The position numbers and the translations under genes were made by a program. Of a stretch of 64,000 nt of DNA, positions 23,915-37,450 are shown one piece after another. This DNA comes from Camelus ferus. Taxonomy: Eukaryota. Each line of letters opens with the position of its first letter. The first letter of the stretch is position 1. The notes under the pieces are model-generated. The model did not search any database. It was not told the DNA's origin and worked only from the letters and a program-made list of their open reading frames with translations. Where the stretch lies: assembly GCF_009834535.1 (NCBI RefSeq), contig NC_045696.1, positions 20,958,001 through 21,022,000 of the forward strand. The letters are read 5' to 3'.

Positions 23915-25030
23915 TCTTTCTTTCTTGTATGAACACAAACTTACAGGAAAGTTAGAAGTACAGTATAAAGAAGTATTTTTCCCTGAAGCATTTGAAAATA
24001 AGTTGTAGATCTAATTCCTCTAATAGGTTAGTGTGAATTTTGTATATGAATGGACATTTGCCTATATAATATTATAATCTATACAGTACGATCATCATAG
24101 ACAAAAAATTCACATTAACACATTACTACTATAAAATCCAGACTTCTATCTAGTTTGACAACTGTTACAAAAATGTCTTGATAATAAAGGGATCCATTAC
24201 GAGTTCTTTCATCTTTTCTTGATTTTCATGACTTGTACACATTATTTTGTGTCCTTATTCTCTTTTTTCAGAATATCCTTTAGGAATGCTTCTTCATGAG
24301 TAGTTTTCAGTTATGTGTCTGCACAAACATCCTAGAAGTGATGTTTAATTCTTCTGAATGCATCCGATCAGATGGCATATAGTTTAAGTTTGTTCCATTA
24401 CTAATAATGTTCATTTAGATCACTGGATTATGGTAATAGCTGCTGGGATTTTTCAGTGTGAAGTAACTAGTTTTTCATTCTGTAATTAATAAATTATTTT
24501 ATACAGAAATAGTTTTAAATTATATAAATATACATTTTCTCACATTTTTATTTCTTTATTTTTTTAGTTTATATATCTATGAACACAGTTGCTGTCTATT
24601 TTCATTCAGTGGGTTAAAGCATGTTGTCTCATTTATCTTGAACCTCATATTGTCCTTAATTTGGCTAGTGGTAGCCTTTTCACTGCTGGCTTCTGTATCT
24701 TTTCAACTTACCCCCCTCCCTTTTTTTTTTTTAGCACATTCTTGCTTTCTGGTTACAAAATGATATTTCCAATATCATCTTGTACTTCTCTTGAACAGGC
24801 CTAGAACCAGGCTCTTAAAACCAAGGAGCCATCCTTTTAGTGGAAAATGACATAGAGAAGCTAACATATGGGCAGTAGGTAGACTCAGTGCCATTTGATC
24901 ATTGTTGCTCTTAGGCCCTCTCAAGAGACAAAGCTAGAGATCACATTATTTGCTTATGTATATATGAGCATATAAATTTATCTGTGTATGTATGTGTTCA
25001 CAGATTTGCACTGATACCTCAGTTCCACAA
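23915..25030 (-). mobile_element. L1MC4-like 3'UTR relic
   Basis: AAACTTACAGGAAAGTTAGAAGTACAGTATAAAGAA; TAATTTGGCTAGTGGTAGCCTTTTCA; CCAAGGAGCCATCCTTTTAGTGGAAAATG. Confidence 0.75.
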
Positions 25031-26084
25031 TTACTGCATGTAACATATACATCGCTCTTCTGAAATCTCCCATATGCATCAGTCAGATCCTGCAATCACT
25101 TAGCAAAACATTTAGATTGATTTTTATTTAGATAGAAAAATTAAAATTATCATAAACATTGATTCAAAGCAAACTTCTGTGTGGAGGTACCTAATACTTC
25201 ATACTTACAACCATTTCTCTAAACATCACTCAAATATATGTGTATAAATTTGAATAGTTATTTTTTATTTTATTGAAGATTTAATTTGTATATGCATGCT
25301 CCCAAAAAATCAGTGAAGGATTTGATGCTTAACTCACTTTGTAGTGGGTTAGGCTAACCAGCCTCAAAAACTAAGCATGTACAATGATACAACATTGCAG
25401 CATTCATTGTTTTTTATGTCTTCATCATTGGAAACTTCTCACACTTTGCTTGTTTGAGAGAAAATACACAATTTTATATATGGTTGTTTCATTTTACATA
25501 GATCTTGTGTTCAAAGGAACTAATTGTTATTTTCTACCTTTTGTGATTCTTTAACAACAAACCTAATGTTTTGAAAGTATAATTTATTCTAATTTGATTT
25601 AAATAAAACAATCTGAATGTAGTTTTCAGTTTCGTTTCTTAGGAACAAAGAAAATACAAAGAAATGTTCAGTGATGGTATAATTCCCAGTGCTACTGTCA
25701 TTTGATACCTGGGTTTGAAACTCTGTCTCATTGTGAGTTCATATATCATACATCAGAGAAAGTATTGACACTTATCTTAAATATTTTGTTTGCATTATCT
25801 TAAAATGGTACTTTTAAGACAAATAAAGTACACCATGCTAAACCACAATAGAAAGCCAAATACTCAAGTAAGTTTTTAGCTCTGGAATATAGTCTCTAAA
25901 TTTAGAAGTTTAGGAATAACTTCTATTTCTAAAATAATAATAATGGTGCATCTCTTATGGTTTTTATGAAGTCGTGATATTACGATAATTTCCATGGGTA
26001 GTTTAAAATTGTACTTTCTTTTCACATACTTTGGCAGAATTATTTAAAATATCCTACTACTGTCAGAATAAATATTCTAAAGTA

Positions 26085-26225
26085 TGTTTTCATTCCATGC
26101 TATTTATTGACTATATATTTTGCTCCACGTATTATGCTTTTGCTGGTATGTGAAGGTAAAAAGAGATTAGTGATCCACAAAGATACCTCAGTTCAAAGAG
26201 GAAAGATATAATAATTAACTATTTC
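26085..26225 (-). mobile_element. L2 3' end fragment
   Basis: CATTCCATGCTATTTATTGACTATAT...CTCAGTTCAAAGAGGAAAGATA. Confidence 0.45.
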
Positions 26226-26339
26226 ATTCAAAGGCCACCTTCTGATCATCATAACTCATAAAGTTGTTAAAGCTTTCATATTATGCCTTTCATATTAATT
26301 TCCAATATCCCTACACAATGTGACATTCTAGTTTTGCAA

Positions 26340-26650
26340 TGACGAGATCTTACTGTTCCCTCTTTATGTAATACTCATCCCTATTCTCTGAACTTGGCTT
26401 ATTTGCATTTTAACCTGGTACACCCATCTCGTTCATCTCTGTCCGCAAAAATCTTAGTGCTTCTTCGGCAAAGCCCATCTCAAATTAGTCTTACTTTGGG
26501 AATTCTTGGAGATCACTGTTATTTGATTTCATTCTCGATAATAGCAACTAGATACTCTCTCCTGAGATGGACAATTAGTATGTAATGATTTCGCCATCTT
26601 GCATCACTCTAGGATTTTATACTTGATCATTCATTTCCTAAACTGAGTCT
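26340..26650 (+). mobile_element. Decayed L2 fragment
   Basis: CCTGGTACACCCATCTC...TTCTTCGGCAAAGCCCATCTCAAATTAGTC resembles the L2 'cctggaatgccct...ctcaaatgtcacc' segment. Confidence 0.45.
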
Positions 26651-28419
26651 CATAATGTGGATTTTCAGGAAGTTTCTTCTACTCAATGAACTTGTCTGAT
26701 ATTAAGGGGAAGAATGTAGGCTTTAATGGATGTTTTATAAGAATTTGTTTGACCAGAAGTTGAAATAAAGTATAATGAAGTTGCCATAAGCATAATTATG
26801 ACACTGGCTCTTCTGTCTGTTGGCAGTAACTTCTACAAAGCAACTGAAACTGCTATTCAATGATACTTACTCTGAACTCAAATAGATACACATTAACATG
26901 AAAAACATGTTCAGGCTGTGGTTGAAATAATTCTATACCACATCACACTCTAATCACAAGAATTCTCAACTTTATGGCTTCTTTGAGACTGTGGCAAATA
27001 GAAATAACTTAAAAATGCAACTGAGGTAGAGGATGAGGTAAGGAATTCCATGTAAAAGGAACTTACTTTTCTACTCTATTTTTGATGTTTAAGGGAAATA
27101 GGGACTACTAAGTTACATGAATGAAAACTGAACTCACTACACATATGCATGCTCTTAAATAGGATAGAAAGTTAACAAATTATAAATTCAACAGACAAAT
27201 ATTGAAATATGCCAGAAAGAGATATACTGTATTCAGAAACCATATTGCAAATTAAAGTAGAAAAAATTAACAGTATAATGTAAATCATGTTTATTTATGT
27301 TCCATGTTCTGTCATAGCTTCATAGATTTCAGGTATGTGTATGTGTGTGTGTGTGTGGTAGAGAGAGAGAAGATGGTCTTTGTGTGATTTATTTTCCAAC
27401 TGATATTTGACATCTTTAACTCAAACAAAGGATGGTTTTAACTTCTGTTCCTTGTTTGGCAATTGAAATAGAATTATCATGATCGCCTAAAACTGAGCAT
27501 TCATTTATTTCCCATTTTCTCCTCATCCACTTAGAACTTCAGTGCCAACTAGATGTCATTTTAAAACCCATTACTGTAAAGCTTAATTGCCAACCAACTC
27601 AATATGATGTTTGAGTACATAGGAAAAAAATGTAATTAAGAAATAAGGTATTAAAAAAAAATTTCCTACACTCCCACTATCTATGTTTAACTTTATAATT
27701 TTTAATATAATGTCTTATTGATGTGACATAGAAACCGGAATATATTTTCAACACATATGCACCAATTTCCTCAATTAAAATAGTCAAATACATATACGAT
27801 TGAATATATTTTTGTTCATCGTTACTTAGTTTGCATTATTGTGGATAATTAAGTTAAAATAAATATCAGTGCTTAATATCATTAGTAAAATGTATCATTT
27901 CTGATTCAAATTTAGTTAATATGTTTTGATGAGGTAACTTTTAAAATTTCACCCTGGAATTTATTTAATAGTCCATTAAAAATGTGGTTATAGGGTTTAT
28001 AATTTTCTCAAGCCTGGATGGTAGCAAGCTACTTGTGTTCCTTGGTTATGATTTGCAAATATTTGAAACTGAAAAATTTCTTTTAAGGTTTATATGACTA
28101 GAAGAAATAAATTATAAAGTAAAAGAAAAACAAAATCAAAATAAAAGGCAAATATATTAGGTATTTATTAAGAAGATTATTATTCTTAAAACTACTTATT
28201 AAGCCTTGTATTTCAAATAAATGAAAAAAGAGGTAATTTCTTGCTTTAGAAAAATTGTGCTTTTATTATTTCCCATTAAATCATTGGTAAATCTTACTTT
28301 AGTGTATATGTTACAAGTACAAATGAAATATATAAAGCAACTTTTTTCTGAATTTTAGTTTCTAAAAAACTGGAATGTCCCTATCTTCATACTTACCCAT
28401 GATCACTCCATGGAAACTG

Positions 28420-28985
28420 TTGTATTTTCAAATGTTTAAAAATGAGAGAAGGTTTAAAGAAATACTACAACAAACTTTAGTAGTCCCTTTACTAAGATTG
28501 TTAACATTTTATTTCATTTTTCATCTCTCTTGATCTGTGGAAATATCTGTTTTTCTCTGAACCATTTTGAGAAAATTAAATGTCTCTTACCCTTCATCCC
28601 TAAATACTCAGTATGTGTTTCCTAGGGAAAATTATATTTTCTGTAAAGCCATAATAATGTTACCATATTTAACACTAATTTAATAAAATCCTCAATTATA
28701 TAAGCCTGATTTGCAAAGTGCTACAAAATGTCTTATTTTTAAATTTTCTTTTAAGGATGCAAATAAAATCCTTGCATTACAATAGTTTGTTTTCCTGTTT
28801 TTCCCTCTAAATTAGAAGAGTTGCACATTTCTGTATATTTATGACCTTGGAATTTTGAAGGCCCTGGGCCAGTTGTCCTGTTGGGTGTCTCACAGTCTGC
28901 ATTTTTCTGATTATTTCCTCATGTATATATTTAACACAGAGATTTCTTGGCAGTTGCACTACACAAGTGCATAGTAGGAAAAGGA
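28420..28985 (-). mobile_element. L1MC5-like 3'UTR relic
   Basis: CCCTAAATACTCAGTATGTGTTTCCTA; ATGACCTTGGAATTTTGAAGGCCCTGGGCCAGTTGTCCTGT. Confidence 0.7.
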
Positions 28986-29189
28986 TTCTTGATTTGGGGT
29001 TAGCAGAATACTGTAGCTTCAATACATACAGCTCCAGCTGTATGTTAAGACTCAAAAACATAACCTGGGATTGCTCCGCCCTGTTACATGGCTTCATAAT
29101 GTTCCCATCTGTGACTGGAAATAATAGACTAATTTTTCTTTTCTTTTCTTTTCTTTTCTTTTTCGTTTTTTTTGTTTTGTTTTGTTTGA

Positions 29190-30755
29190 TGCTGGCCTTG
29201 TAGAATGAGTTTGGAAGTGTTTCTTCTTCCGCAGTTTTTTTGGAGCACTTCTTGAAATGTTTGGTAGAATTCACCTGGGAGGCCTTCTGGTCCTGGACTT
29301 TGTTAGTTCTTTCATTACTGATTCAGTTTCATTACTGGACATCAGTCTGTTCATATATTTTTTAAATTTCTTTCTGATTCAGTCTTGGTAAATTGTGTAT
29401 TTCTAGAAATTTATCCCTTTATTCTATGTTGTCCATTTCATTGACATGCAATTATCCATAGTAGTCTCTTACTGATTCCTTGTATCTCTGTAGTGTTGGC
29501 TGTAACATCTCTTCTTTCACTTCTGATTTTGTTTATTTGGGCTCTCTCTTATTCCTGATGAGTATGGCTGAAGGTTTATCAATTTTGTTTACCTTTTTAA
29601 AGAACTAGCTGTTAGCTTCATTGATCTTTTCTAATGTATTTTTAGTTTTTCATTTATTCTACTCTGATTTTTATTATTTGTTTCCTTCTACTAAATGTGG
29701 GTTTTGTTTGTTCTTTTTTCCTAGTTCTTTTAGGTGTAAAATTAGGTTGTTTATTTGATTTTTTTATTATTTCCTGAGATAAGCTTATATCACTGTGAAC
29801 TTCCCTTTTAGAACTGCTTTTACTGTGTCTCATAGATTTTGGATCTTTTTCATTTGTCTCCAGGTATTTTTTTGATTCCTGTTTGATTTCTTCAGTGATC
29901 CATTGGTTGCTTAGTGGCATATTGTTCAGCCTCCGTTTGTGTGTTTTTTTTGCAGTTTTCTTCTTGTACTTGATTTCTGCTCATACTTTTGTGGTCAGAA
30001 AGAAGCTAAATATGATTTCGGTCTTCTTAAATTTATTGAGAATTGTGTGGCTGAACACATGATCTATTTTGAAGAATACTCTATGTTCACTTGAAAATTG
30101 TATTCTGCTGCTTTTGGATGGAATGTTTTATATATATACATATATATGTTCTATATATTTTATATATGTATTATACACACACACACACACACATATACAT
30201 ATTGAAAGTCAGTCTGTTACAGTGTGCTGTTTAAGGCCAGTGTTTCTTTATTAATTTTCTGTCTGGATTATCTGTCAGTTGATGTAAATTGTTGTTAAAA
30301 TCCCCTACCATTATTGTGTAATTTTTAATTTCTTCCTAAAGGAAGAATTTATTATTTATTAACATTTCCTGTATGCATTTATGTGTTCCTAAGTTGGGTG
30401 CATATATATGTATATATATATATATACATATACAATTGTTACCTCTTCTTGTAAGATCCATTCCTTTTTCATTATATAATTCCTCCTTTGTCTCTTGTTA
30501 CAGTCTTTGTTTTAAAGTTTTTATCTTATTTCAGCATTCCTACCCCAGTTTTCCTTTTATTTCTATTTGCATGGATACTTTTTTTTTATTTTCTCACTTT
30601 GAGTTTGTGTGTTTCTTTAGTCTGAAGTGAGTCTCTTCTAGGCAGCGTATAGATGGGTCTTATTTTTGTATCCATTCAGCCACTGTGTCATTTAATTGGT
30701 GCACTAGTACATTTACATTTAAAGTCATTGTTGATAGGCATGCATTTATTGGCAT
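29190..30755 (-). pseudogene. L1 ORF2 remnant (endonuclease through start of RT region), disrupted
   Basis: ATG at 30755; TLNVN and CLEETHF endonuclease-like motifs; stops, frameshifts and microsatellite interruptions. Confidence 0.85.
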
Positions 30756-31149
30756 TTTTTAAATTGTTTTCTGGTTGCTTTTGTAGTTTTTTGTTCCTTT
30801 CTTCTTCTTTTGCTCACTTCTCTTGTAATTTGATGAGTCTCTTTAGTATTATGTTTAGATTCCTTTCTCTTTATTTTTTCTGTAACTATTACACAGTTTT
30901 GATTTGTTGCTACCATGAGGTTCACATATAACATATACATATATATTATTTTAAGGTGATATCATCTCAAGTTTGAATGCATTCTGACAACCCTGCATTT
31001 TTACTCCCCTCCCTCACACTTAATGTTTTTGGCATCATATTCTGTATCTTTTTGTTTTGTGTACCCCTTAACTACTCACTGTGGATATAGATAATTCTAC
31101 TACTTTTGTATTTAACTTTTCTACTAGCTTTATAGATTGTTGACCTACC

Positions 31150-32114
31150 ATCTTTGATGTATGTTCCTTTACCAATAACAGTTCTTCTTTTGTAATTTTT
31201 ATATTTCTAGTTGTGGTCTTTTTTTTTTTGCTTGAAGAAGTTCCTTTAATACTTCTTGTAAAGTTGGCTTAATGGTCCTAAACTCTTTTGTCTTTTGCTT
31301 GTTGTTAAAATTCTTTTTCTCTCCTTCAAATGAATAATAACCTTGCTGGGTAGAGTATTCTTAGTTTTAGGTTTTTTCCTTTCATCTCTTTGAATATATT
31401 GTGCCACTGCCTTCTGGCCTGCAAAGTTTCTGCTGAAAGGTCAGCTTATGGTCTTACAGGATTTCCCTTGTACACAACTAGTTGCTTTTCTTTTGTTCTT
31501 TTTAAGGTTCTCTCTTTATATTAGTTTTTACCGTTTTAATTACAGTGCATCTGGGTGCAATCATCTTTGGGTTCATCTTGTTTGGGACTGTGTGTGCTTC
31601 TTGGTCCTGATGTCTTGTTTCCTTTCCCAGGTCTGGGGAGTTTCCAGCTATTATCTCTTCATATATTTTCTCCACCCCTTTTTCTCTCTCTTCTCCTTCT
31701 GAGACCTCTGAAATGCAAATGTTAATCTGCTTGTTGTTGTCCCATAGCTCCCATAAGCTATCTTAACTTTTTATTATTCTTTTTTTCTTTTTTCTCTTCA
31801 ACTTGGGTGTTTTTCACTGCTCTTTCAGTTCGCTGATCCATTTCTCTGTATCATTTAATCTACTGTTGATTCCTTCTAGTGTATTTTATCTTTCAGTTAT
31901 TGTATTCTTCAGCTCTAACTGGGTCTTCTGTATGTTTTGTAATTCTTTGTTAAACTTCTCATTCTGTTCATCCATTTTTCTCCTGAGTCCACTGAGCAAC
32001 TTTATGCTCATTACCTTGAACTCCTTATTGGGTATATTGCTTATCTCTACTTCACTTGGTTCTTCTGAGGTTTTACCTTGCTCCTTTGTTTGGAACATAT
32101 TTCTGTCTCCTCAT
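31150..32114 (-). pseudogene. L1 ORF1 remnant, disrupted
   Basis: ATG at 32114 (MRRQ...), frameshifted into the coiled-coil ORF 31886..32098. Confidence 0.8.
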
Positions 32115-32123
32115 TTTGCCTAA

Positions 32124-32126
<3 letters not shown>

Positions 32127-32184
<58 letters not shown>
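32127..32184. repeat. Compound (TG)n(TA)n microsatellite just upstream of L1 ORF1
   Basis: Direct reading of the sequence. Confidence 0.95.
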
Positions 32185-33427
32185 GGCTAGGTCAGTTACA
32201 TTTCCTGATCTTGGAGAAGTGGCCTTATGTAAAGGATGTCCTATAGGTCCAGCAGCACACTCCCCTCTTGTCACTAGGCCTGTATGATCTAGGGATGCCC
32301 CCTATGTAGGCTGCATGGACCTTTCTGTTGTAGCAGGGCAGCTACTGTGGGTGTGCTGTGAGGCATGGGTGGCCCCCAGCCTTGTGGGTTGCCAGGCCCT
32401 ACCTCATACAGTGGCTTCCTACCCAGTAGTGGGCAAGGCCAAGTATACCTGTGCCAGCTTGCTGGTGGGTGAGATTGGGTCCTGGCATGGTTGGCTGCAT
32501 GGCCCATGGGTTCCTAGAAGTGGTACCAGCTTTCTGGTAGGTGAGTAAGCCCCCAGCACTAATAGCCTAGAGGGCAAACTCCAAAATGGTTCTTGCCAGT
32601 TTAGTAGAATGTCCTCATAGTAGGGTGAGCTCTTAAAAATGGCTGCTGCCAGTATCTGTGTCTCCAGGGGGAGTCACCATTGCCTCTTGCCTCTCCAGGA
32701 GACTCTCTAAGGTCAGCAAGGGGTGCTGACCCAAGCTCCTTTCAAATGATCACTTCTGTCCTGGGATTCAGAGCATGTGTGGTTTTGCTTGTGCCCTTTA
32801 AGAATGAAGTCTCTTTCCTGTAGCCCTATGGCTCTCCTGAACAGAATAAGCTCTGCTGGTTCAAAGTCAGATGCGCTGTGGCTTTTCATCCTGGGCTTCC
32901 CTTAAGCCAAGGAACTGGATGTGGGGCTCAGAGATTTTGCTCCTTGGGGAGAAACTCTGCATTGTGATTACCCTCCCATTTGTGCGTTTCCCACCCAGGA
33001 GTATGGGTCTTAACTATACTGTTTCTCTGCCTCCCCACCTATCTCATTGTTCGTATCTTTCCTTCTTTATATCTTTTGTTGTATAAAATCTTTTCTGCTG
33101 GTTTTTAAATTGTTCTCATCAATAATTTTTCTATAAATAGTTGTAATTTTGGTGTCCTTGTGGGAAGAGCTGAACTCAGGTTCTTCCACTCTGTCTTCTT
33201 GGCCACACCTAGTACCATAAACCATGTATTCGTAACATGTCTTCAATCATATTAAAACACATTTATGTGTATAAGTCAATGACATAATCATGTGTGTGTA
33301 TGTGTATGTGTGGATCTGTCATTACATCAAAGTATCCAGAATAAATGTTTTGATAGAGTTTATAGTTTACCATACATACACATAAAAATGGCTATTTTGA
33401 TATATTTCATGAATAGGAAAAGGAAAC

Positions 33428-33804
33428 TGTTATGGATTCAATTGTGTCCCCTTACAAAAAAAAAAAAGATTAGGCTCTAATCCTTAGTACCTCAGAATGT
33501 GACCTTATTTGGAGGTAAGATGTCTACAGATATAATCAAGTTAAAATGAAGTAATTAGGGTGAGACCTAATCCAATGTGACTTGTGTCAAAAGGGATTTG
33601 GACACAGATTGACATACATGGAGGAAAGATTATATGAAGATAGACCTGGAACAGATTCTTCCCCCACAGCCCTCAGAGGGAACCAGTCCTGCCAAAATTT
33701 TGATTTTGGACTTCTGGCCTCTAGAGCTGTGAGACAATAGACTTCTTTCTTTAAGCCACTCTTTTTGTGTCTCTTTGATATGAAAAAGCCAGCAAACTAA
33801 TACA
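33428..33804 (+). mobile_element. MLT1B-type MaLR solo LTR with perfect TSD
   Basis: TGTTATGGATTCAATTGTGTCCCC...GCAAACTAATACA; 5-bp TSD GAAAC on both sides. Confidence 0.93.
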
Positions 33805-34613
33805 GAAACTTAAAAGAAAAAAACATATTATTTTTTTTACTTTTCTTTACATTTGGATTCTCTTTAAGACTTTCAACCCAGATTGAAAATGCAATAGCTA
33901 TTTTCTAATAATTATAGCATGTATATCAATTCAGTTTATCTGTACTATTTTATTACTCAGCCAGAAGTTGAAAGACATTAAACAAAACACATGATTACAT
34001 GTAAAGATGACATGAGTTGCTTCGTTTGTGGGGGCAAAATGATTCCCCCCCAAAATTAAAATATTAAAATTAAAATATTGTAACTTGAAAGTTCTTCAAA
34101 AATAGGGGAAAATGAAGTTTCTCACTTAGCCCTGTATTGACAAATTTCATTCTCATAGGTGTCACTGTCCTTGGTCTTAGATACAGCAGTCCCTTTCAGT
34201 TTTTCATTTTTTTAATGATAATAGCCGTAGGAGAATCAGACCTTAAAATATTATGTAATAAGACGTTATTCTTTATAACTTATTTAACATTTGATTTGGA
34301 ATAGATGACAATAGGCTGACACATGAACTAGAGAATTAGTATGTGTTTGATTTAATTCTTTAAATCACAGTTACAGGATTATAGAAATCAAAAAGACTGT
34401 AAAGATCATCTGTGCACATAAGAAGGATGAAAAGAGGGAAGGATTTCTGTAAAAACTTAATTAATTTGAAACCAGTCTCTTATACATATCCTTAATATAT
34501 TTGCTGAAATATAATTCCATTTGAATGTACAGCAAATTCCTATTTACACAAAATGAAAATAAACTGATTTTCTATTTTGAAATCTAAGATGCTGATCATT
34601 TTAGAGTTACCGT

Positions 34614-35758
34614 CAGAGGAGGGTATACCAAGAAGCAAAAGAAGCTGAAGTTTCTGAGTCTCTTATGTGGATAGGTCTCTGTGAGTACAGTGGCCCCCTG
34701 ACGACTTGCAGGGAATATGTTCTAAGATCTCCCTCCTTGAAGGTGCCTGAAATACCATGGATAGCACCAGACCCTGTATGTCCTATGTTCTTCTATACAT
34801 GCACACACCTATGATAAATTTCAATTTATAAATGTACAGTAAGATATTAATAAATTATAACAGTCCACTGAAATGTTATATGGATGTGGCCTCTCTTTCT
34901 CAAAATATCTTACTGAACAAATTTAATGCTTTTTCCACCTTAGCTAAACACATCACGCAGCTGTAATTTTTGCAACTTGATGTGTGACCGCACAACTAGC
35001 ACAATTTTTTTTTCCTTCTTCACAATTTAACAGATAGAAGATTTGTTCTTACTGTAAATCTTAGCAACCTCAACATATGATTTTTTTCTTTCCTTATTTA
35101 AGTCAGGAACTTGCACCTTTTCACTTAAAGGAAGCACTTCACGGCTTCTGTTCGGCATACCTGAATTGCCAGCAACACTACTCTTGCACTTTGGGGCCAT
35201 TATTAAGTAAAATAAGGGTTAGTTTAGCACAGGCAGTGGATACCACGAACGTCCATCTTGTAATCGGGGGGGGCCACTAAGTGACTAGTGGGTGGGATGC
35301 ACTGGACAAAGGGATGGTTCACGTCCTGGCTGTAATGAAGTGGGACTGCTCAAGATTCCATCACGCTATTCAGAATGGCACACAATTTGAAAATCATGAA
35401 TTGTTTATTTCTGGAATTTTCCACTTGATGCTTTTGGGCTGTAGTTGACCACAGGTAACTGAAATCGTAGAAAATGAAACTGCAGATAACGGGGGACTAC
35501 TGTACTAGGTTTTGTTTATAGTTGTGGAATATTGTAGGTGGGGAAAAAAAAGTTGGTTGCAGTCAGAAAGTATTTCTATGCAAGCATTTCTGGTAGACTG
35601 TAGCAATTTCTTGTAGTTTTCATTTATGATTTTAAATAAATATTCCACTTTCATGCCTAAATTTTATTTTTGTTTTCATATGTTTGTATCCTTTAACCTT
35701 AAAGAAGGCCTCCCCAAAGTATGTAAGCTTCAGGCTCCACTAATTTGGACCTGTCCAG
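34614..35758 (+). mobile_element. MER53-like hAT element, split by a MER44/Tigger7 insertion
   Basis: Left end CAGAGGAGGGTATACCAAGAAGCAAAAGAAGCTGAAG; right end TTAAAGAAGGCCTCCCCAAAGTATGTAAGCTTCAGGCTCCAC...GGACCTGTCCAG. Confidence 0.65.
34688..35502 (-). mobile_element. MER44/Tigger7 (Tc1-mariner/pogo) internally deleted DNA transposon
   Basis: TIRs CAGTGGCCCCCTG / revcomp CAGTAGTCCCCCG; TA on both flanks; minus-strand transposase start MAPKCKSSVAGNSGMPNRSREVLPLSEKV. Confidence 0.9.
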
Positions 35759-36565
35759 ATTATTGGATGCCTCCATATTTTAAAAAATAATTTGACTAAA
35801 AAATATTTTTATACTCAAATTACTCAACTAGAAAACAAAATTTAATTCTCTATAATTAATCATACATACTTTAAAATTATCCATAACACTTGGTCATTTT
35901 TGTGAATATAAATATCCATAGGAATCAACTAAAAATATAAAAGGTAGAAACATTTTGGGATCTGTGATATGTTTACATAGTCAAGAAATTTTAAAAATAC
36001 ATACACACAACAGGAGAACTTTAATTCAGCTTTTTATAGATTGGTATAAAATAGAAATTTGAGATTATTAAATACTAAAACTGTAATTGAAGGGAATTTA
36101 TATATGATGGGGAAGCAAAAATAGGACAAATTGCAGTAATTTTATTAGAAATTATATTTGAACAAAATTACACTGTAATTTGTCATTGAAAGTAACATAA
36201 GTATATATTTTAATGGGTATTACCAACCTAAATTAAAATAATAATAAATATGCAGTGCTCAAAACCCATCACTTGGACCACATTGGAACACATGTAAAAT
36301 AAGAGCATAGTACATTTGTAATTTTCTTGATAAAGCAGCACATCAGACTTCTTAACGAGCAAGGAATCTTTTCCCTACTTTTTCAGATCCTGTAATTCAA
36401 AAAATATAAATTGCAGAGTTAGCACATGCTGTGGTTTACCTAATGTATCTTATATTTAGCTACAGGCACTTCAGTTAATTATAATTTCTTTTCATTCATA
36501 CCCCAGATGCTAAATAAGATAAACCTGATAGTTGGCCAGTTGTTAGATATTAAACATTCATGAAT

Positions 36566-36567
<2 letters not shown>

Positions 36568-36616
<49 letters not shown>
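36568..36616. repeat. Perfect (GT)n microsatellite
   Basis: Direct reading of the sequence. Confidence 0.97.
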
Positions 36617-36619
<3 letters not shown>

Positions 36620-36929
36620 TTGCCCATACGTACCTTTATGTACACTTTTTCATGTAGGCAGATACTTAGTGAATTTCTCTCTGGCTAACATTTAAAAAGA
36701 GGGCAGAATCATGAGCACATTACAGTGTGTTTATTTTTAGTTTTCATTTGCCAAGGCAAATTGCTTCGATTATAGCAGTAATAAATTTAAGTGTTGTTCT
36801 GTTTCATAATTCTTGTGTTTTTTATTCCAAGAGCTTTGGCTCAGCAAGAAACTATCTGCAGCAATAGAATGCAAAAGAAATAAATGTGATTTACTCGTTA
36901 GTTAGAGATACATTGTCTTATACTTTTTA

Positions 36930-37450
36930 TGTGGCAGCTATTCTCTCCTTTTATCTTGCTGGTAAAGCCTGAACTTGTTCCAGTATCTGCATTACACACA
37001 CGTGATTCATGAGTAAATTCTCATTATTTAAGTCAGTCTTGGTAGTCTTATTCCCTTGAAGGGAATAGGTTTACAGGATGGTCATGTTATCAATTTCTGT
37101 CCAATGAGAGGTGATGGAGGGTGGTGTGTCTTCTTAAAAAGGACTTCTAGCTCTTAAAAACAGAAGGGACATACAATCTTTTATCATATCTTTAAAATTG
37201 TCAGGTTTTGATGTGGCAACTTGTAACCAAAAGGGAAAATAGCCTGAAGATCAAACCAGTACATTCAGTATGAGACTCCAAGCAGATGAAAAGCATTTCT
37301 GATGATGACATGATGTTGAAAAGATGCCTAATTAATACACTGAATAATATAAATATCTTAGAACTTCTCATTGTATGTGGCAGTAAGTGTTGTCATTGTT
37401 TAAAACACTCGCATTTGCACTTTCTGCTACATGCAGCTGAATATCCCCTA
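36930..37450 (+). mobile_element. LTR16-like ERVL solo LTR, decayed
   Basis: GGATGGTCATGTTATCAATTTCTGTCCAATGAGA; TTGTTTAAAACACT...TCTGCTACATGCAGCTGAATATCC. Confidence 0.65.

Larger units (their letters stand above)
29135..33208 (-). mobile_element. LINE-1 retaining 5'UTR, ORF1 and the 5' part of ORF2; 3'-truncated and pseudogenised
   Basis: ORF1 peptide MFQTKEQGKTSEEPSEVEISNIPNKEFKVMSIKLL; ORF2 peptides NQWITEEIKQESKKYLETNE and EEETLPNSFYKASI; GC-richer 5'UTR 32190-33208 ending in a degenerate GGCCAAGA(T>A)G start motif. Confidence 0.93.

Noticed and set aside
25643..25732. 90-nt coding exon (TTTCTTAG| ... |GTGAGT)
   Set aside because: All three frames contain stops; at most non-coding.
26340..26650. 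Slightly CpG-richer stretch as an exon or processed pseudogene
   Set aside because: Better explained as decayed L2.
28807..29274. 155-aa ORF as a gene
   Set aside because: Chimera of an L1 ORF2 fragment, an A-rich microsatellite and an older L1 3'UTR.
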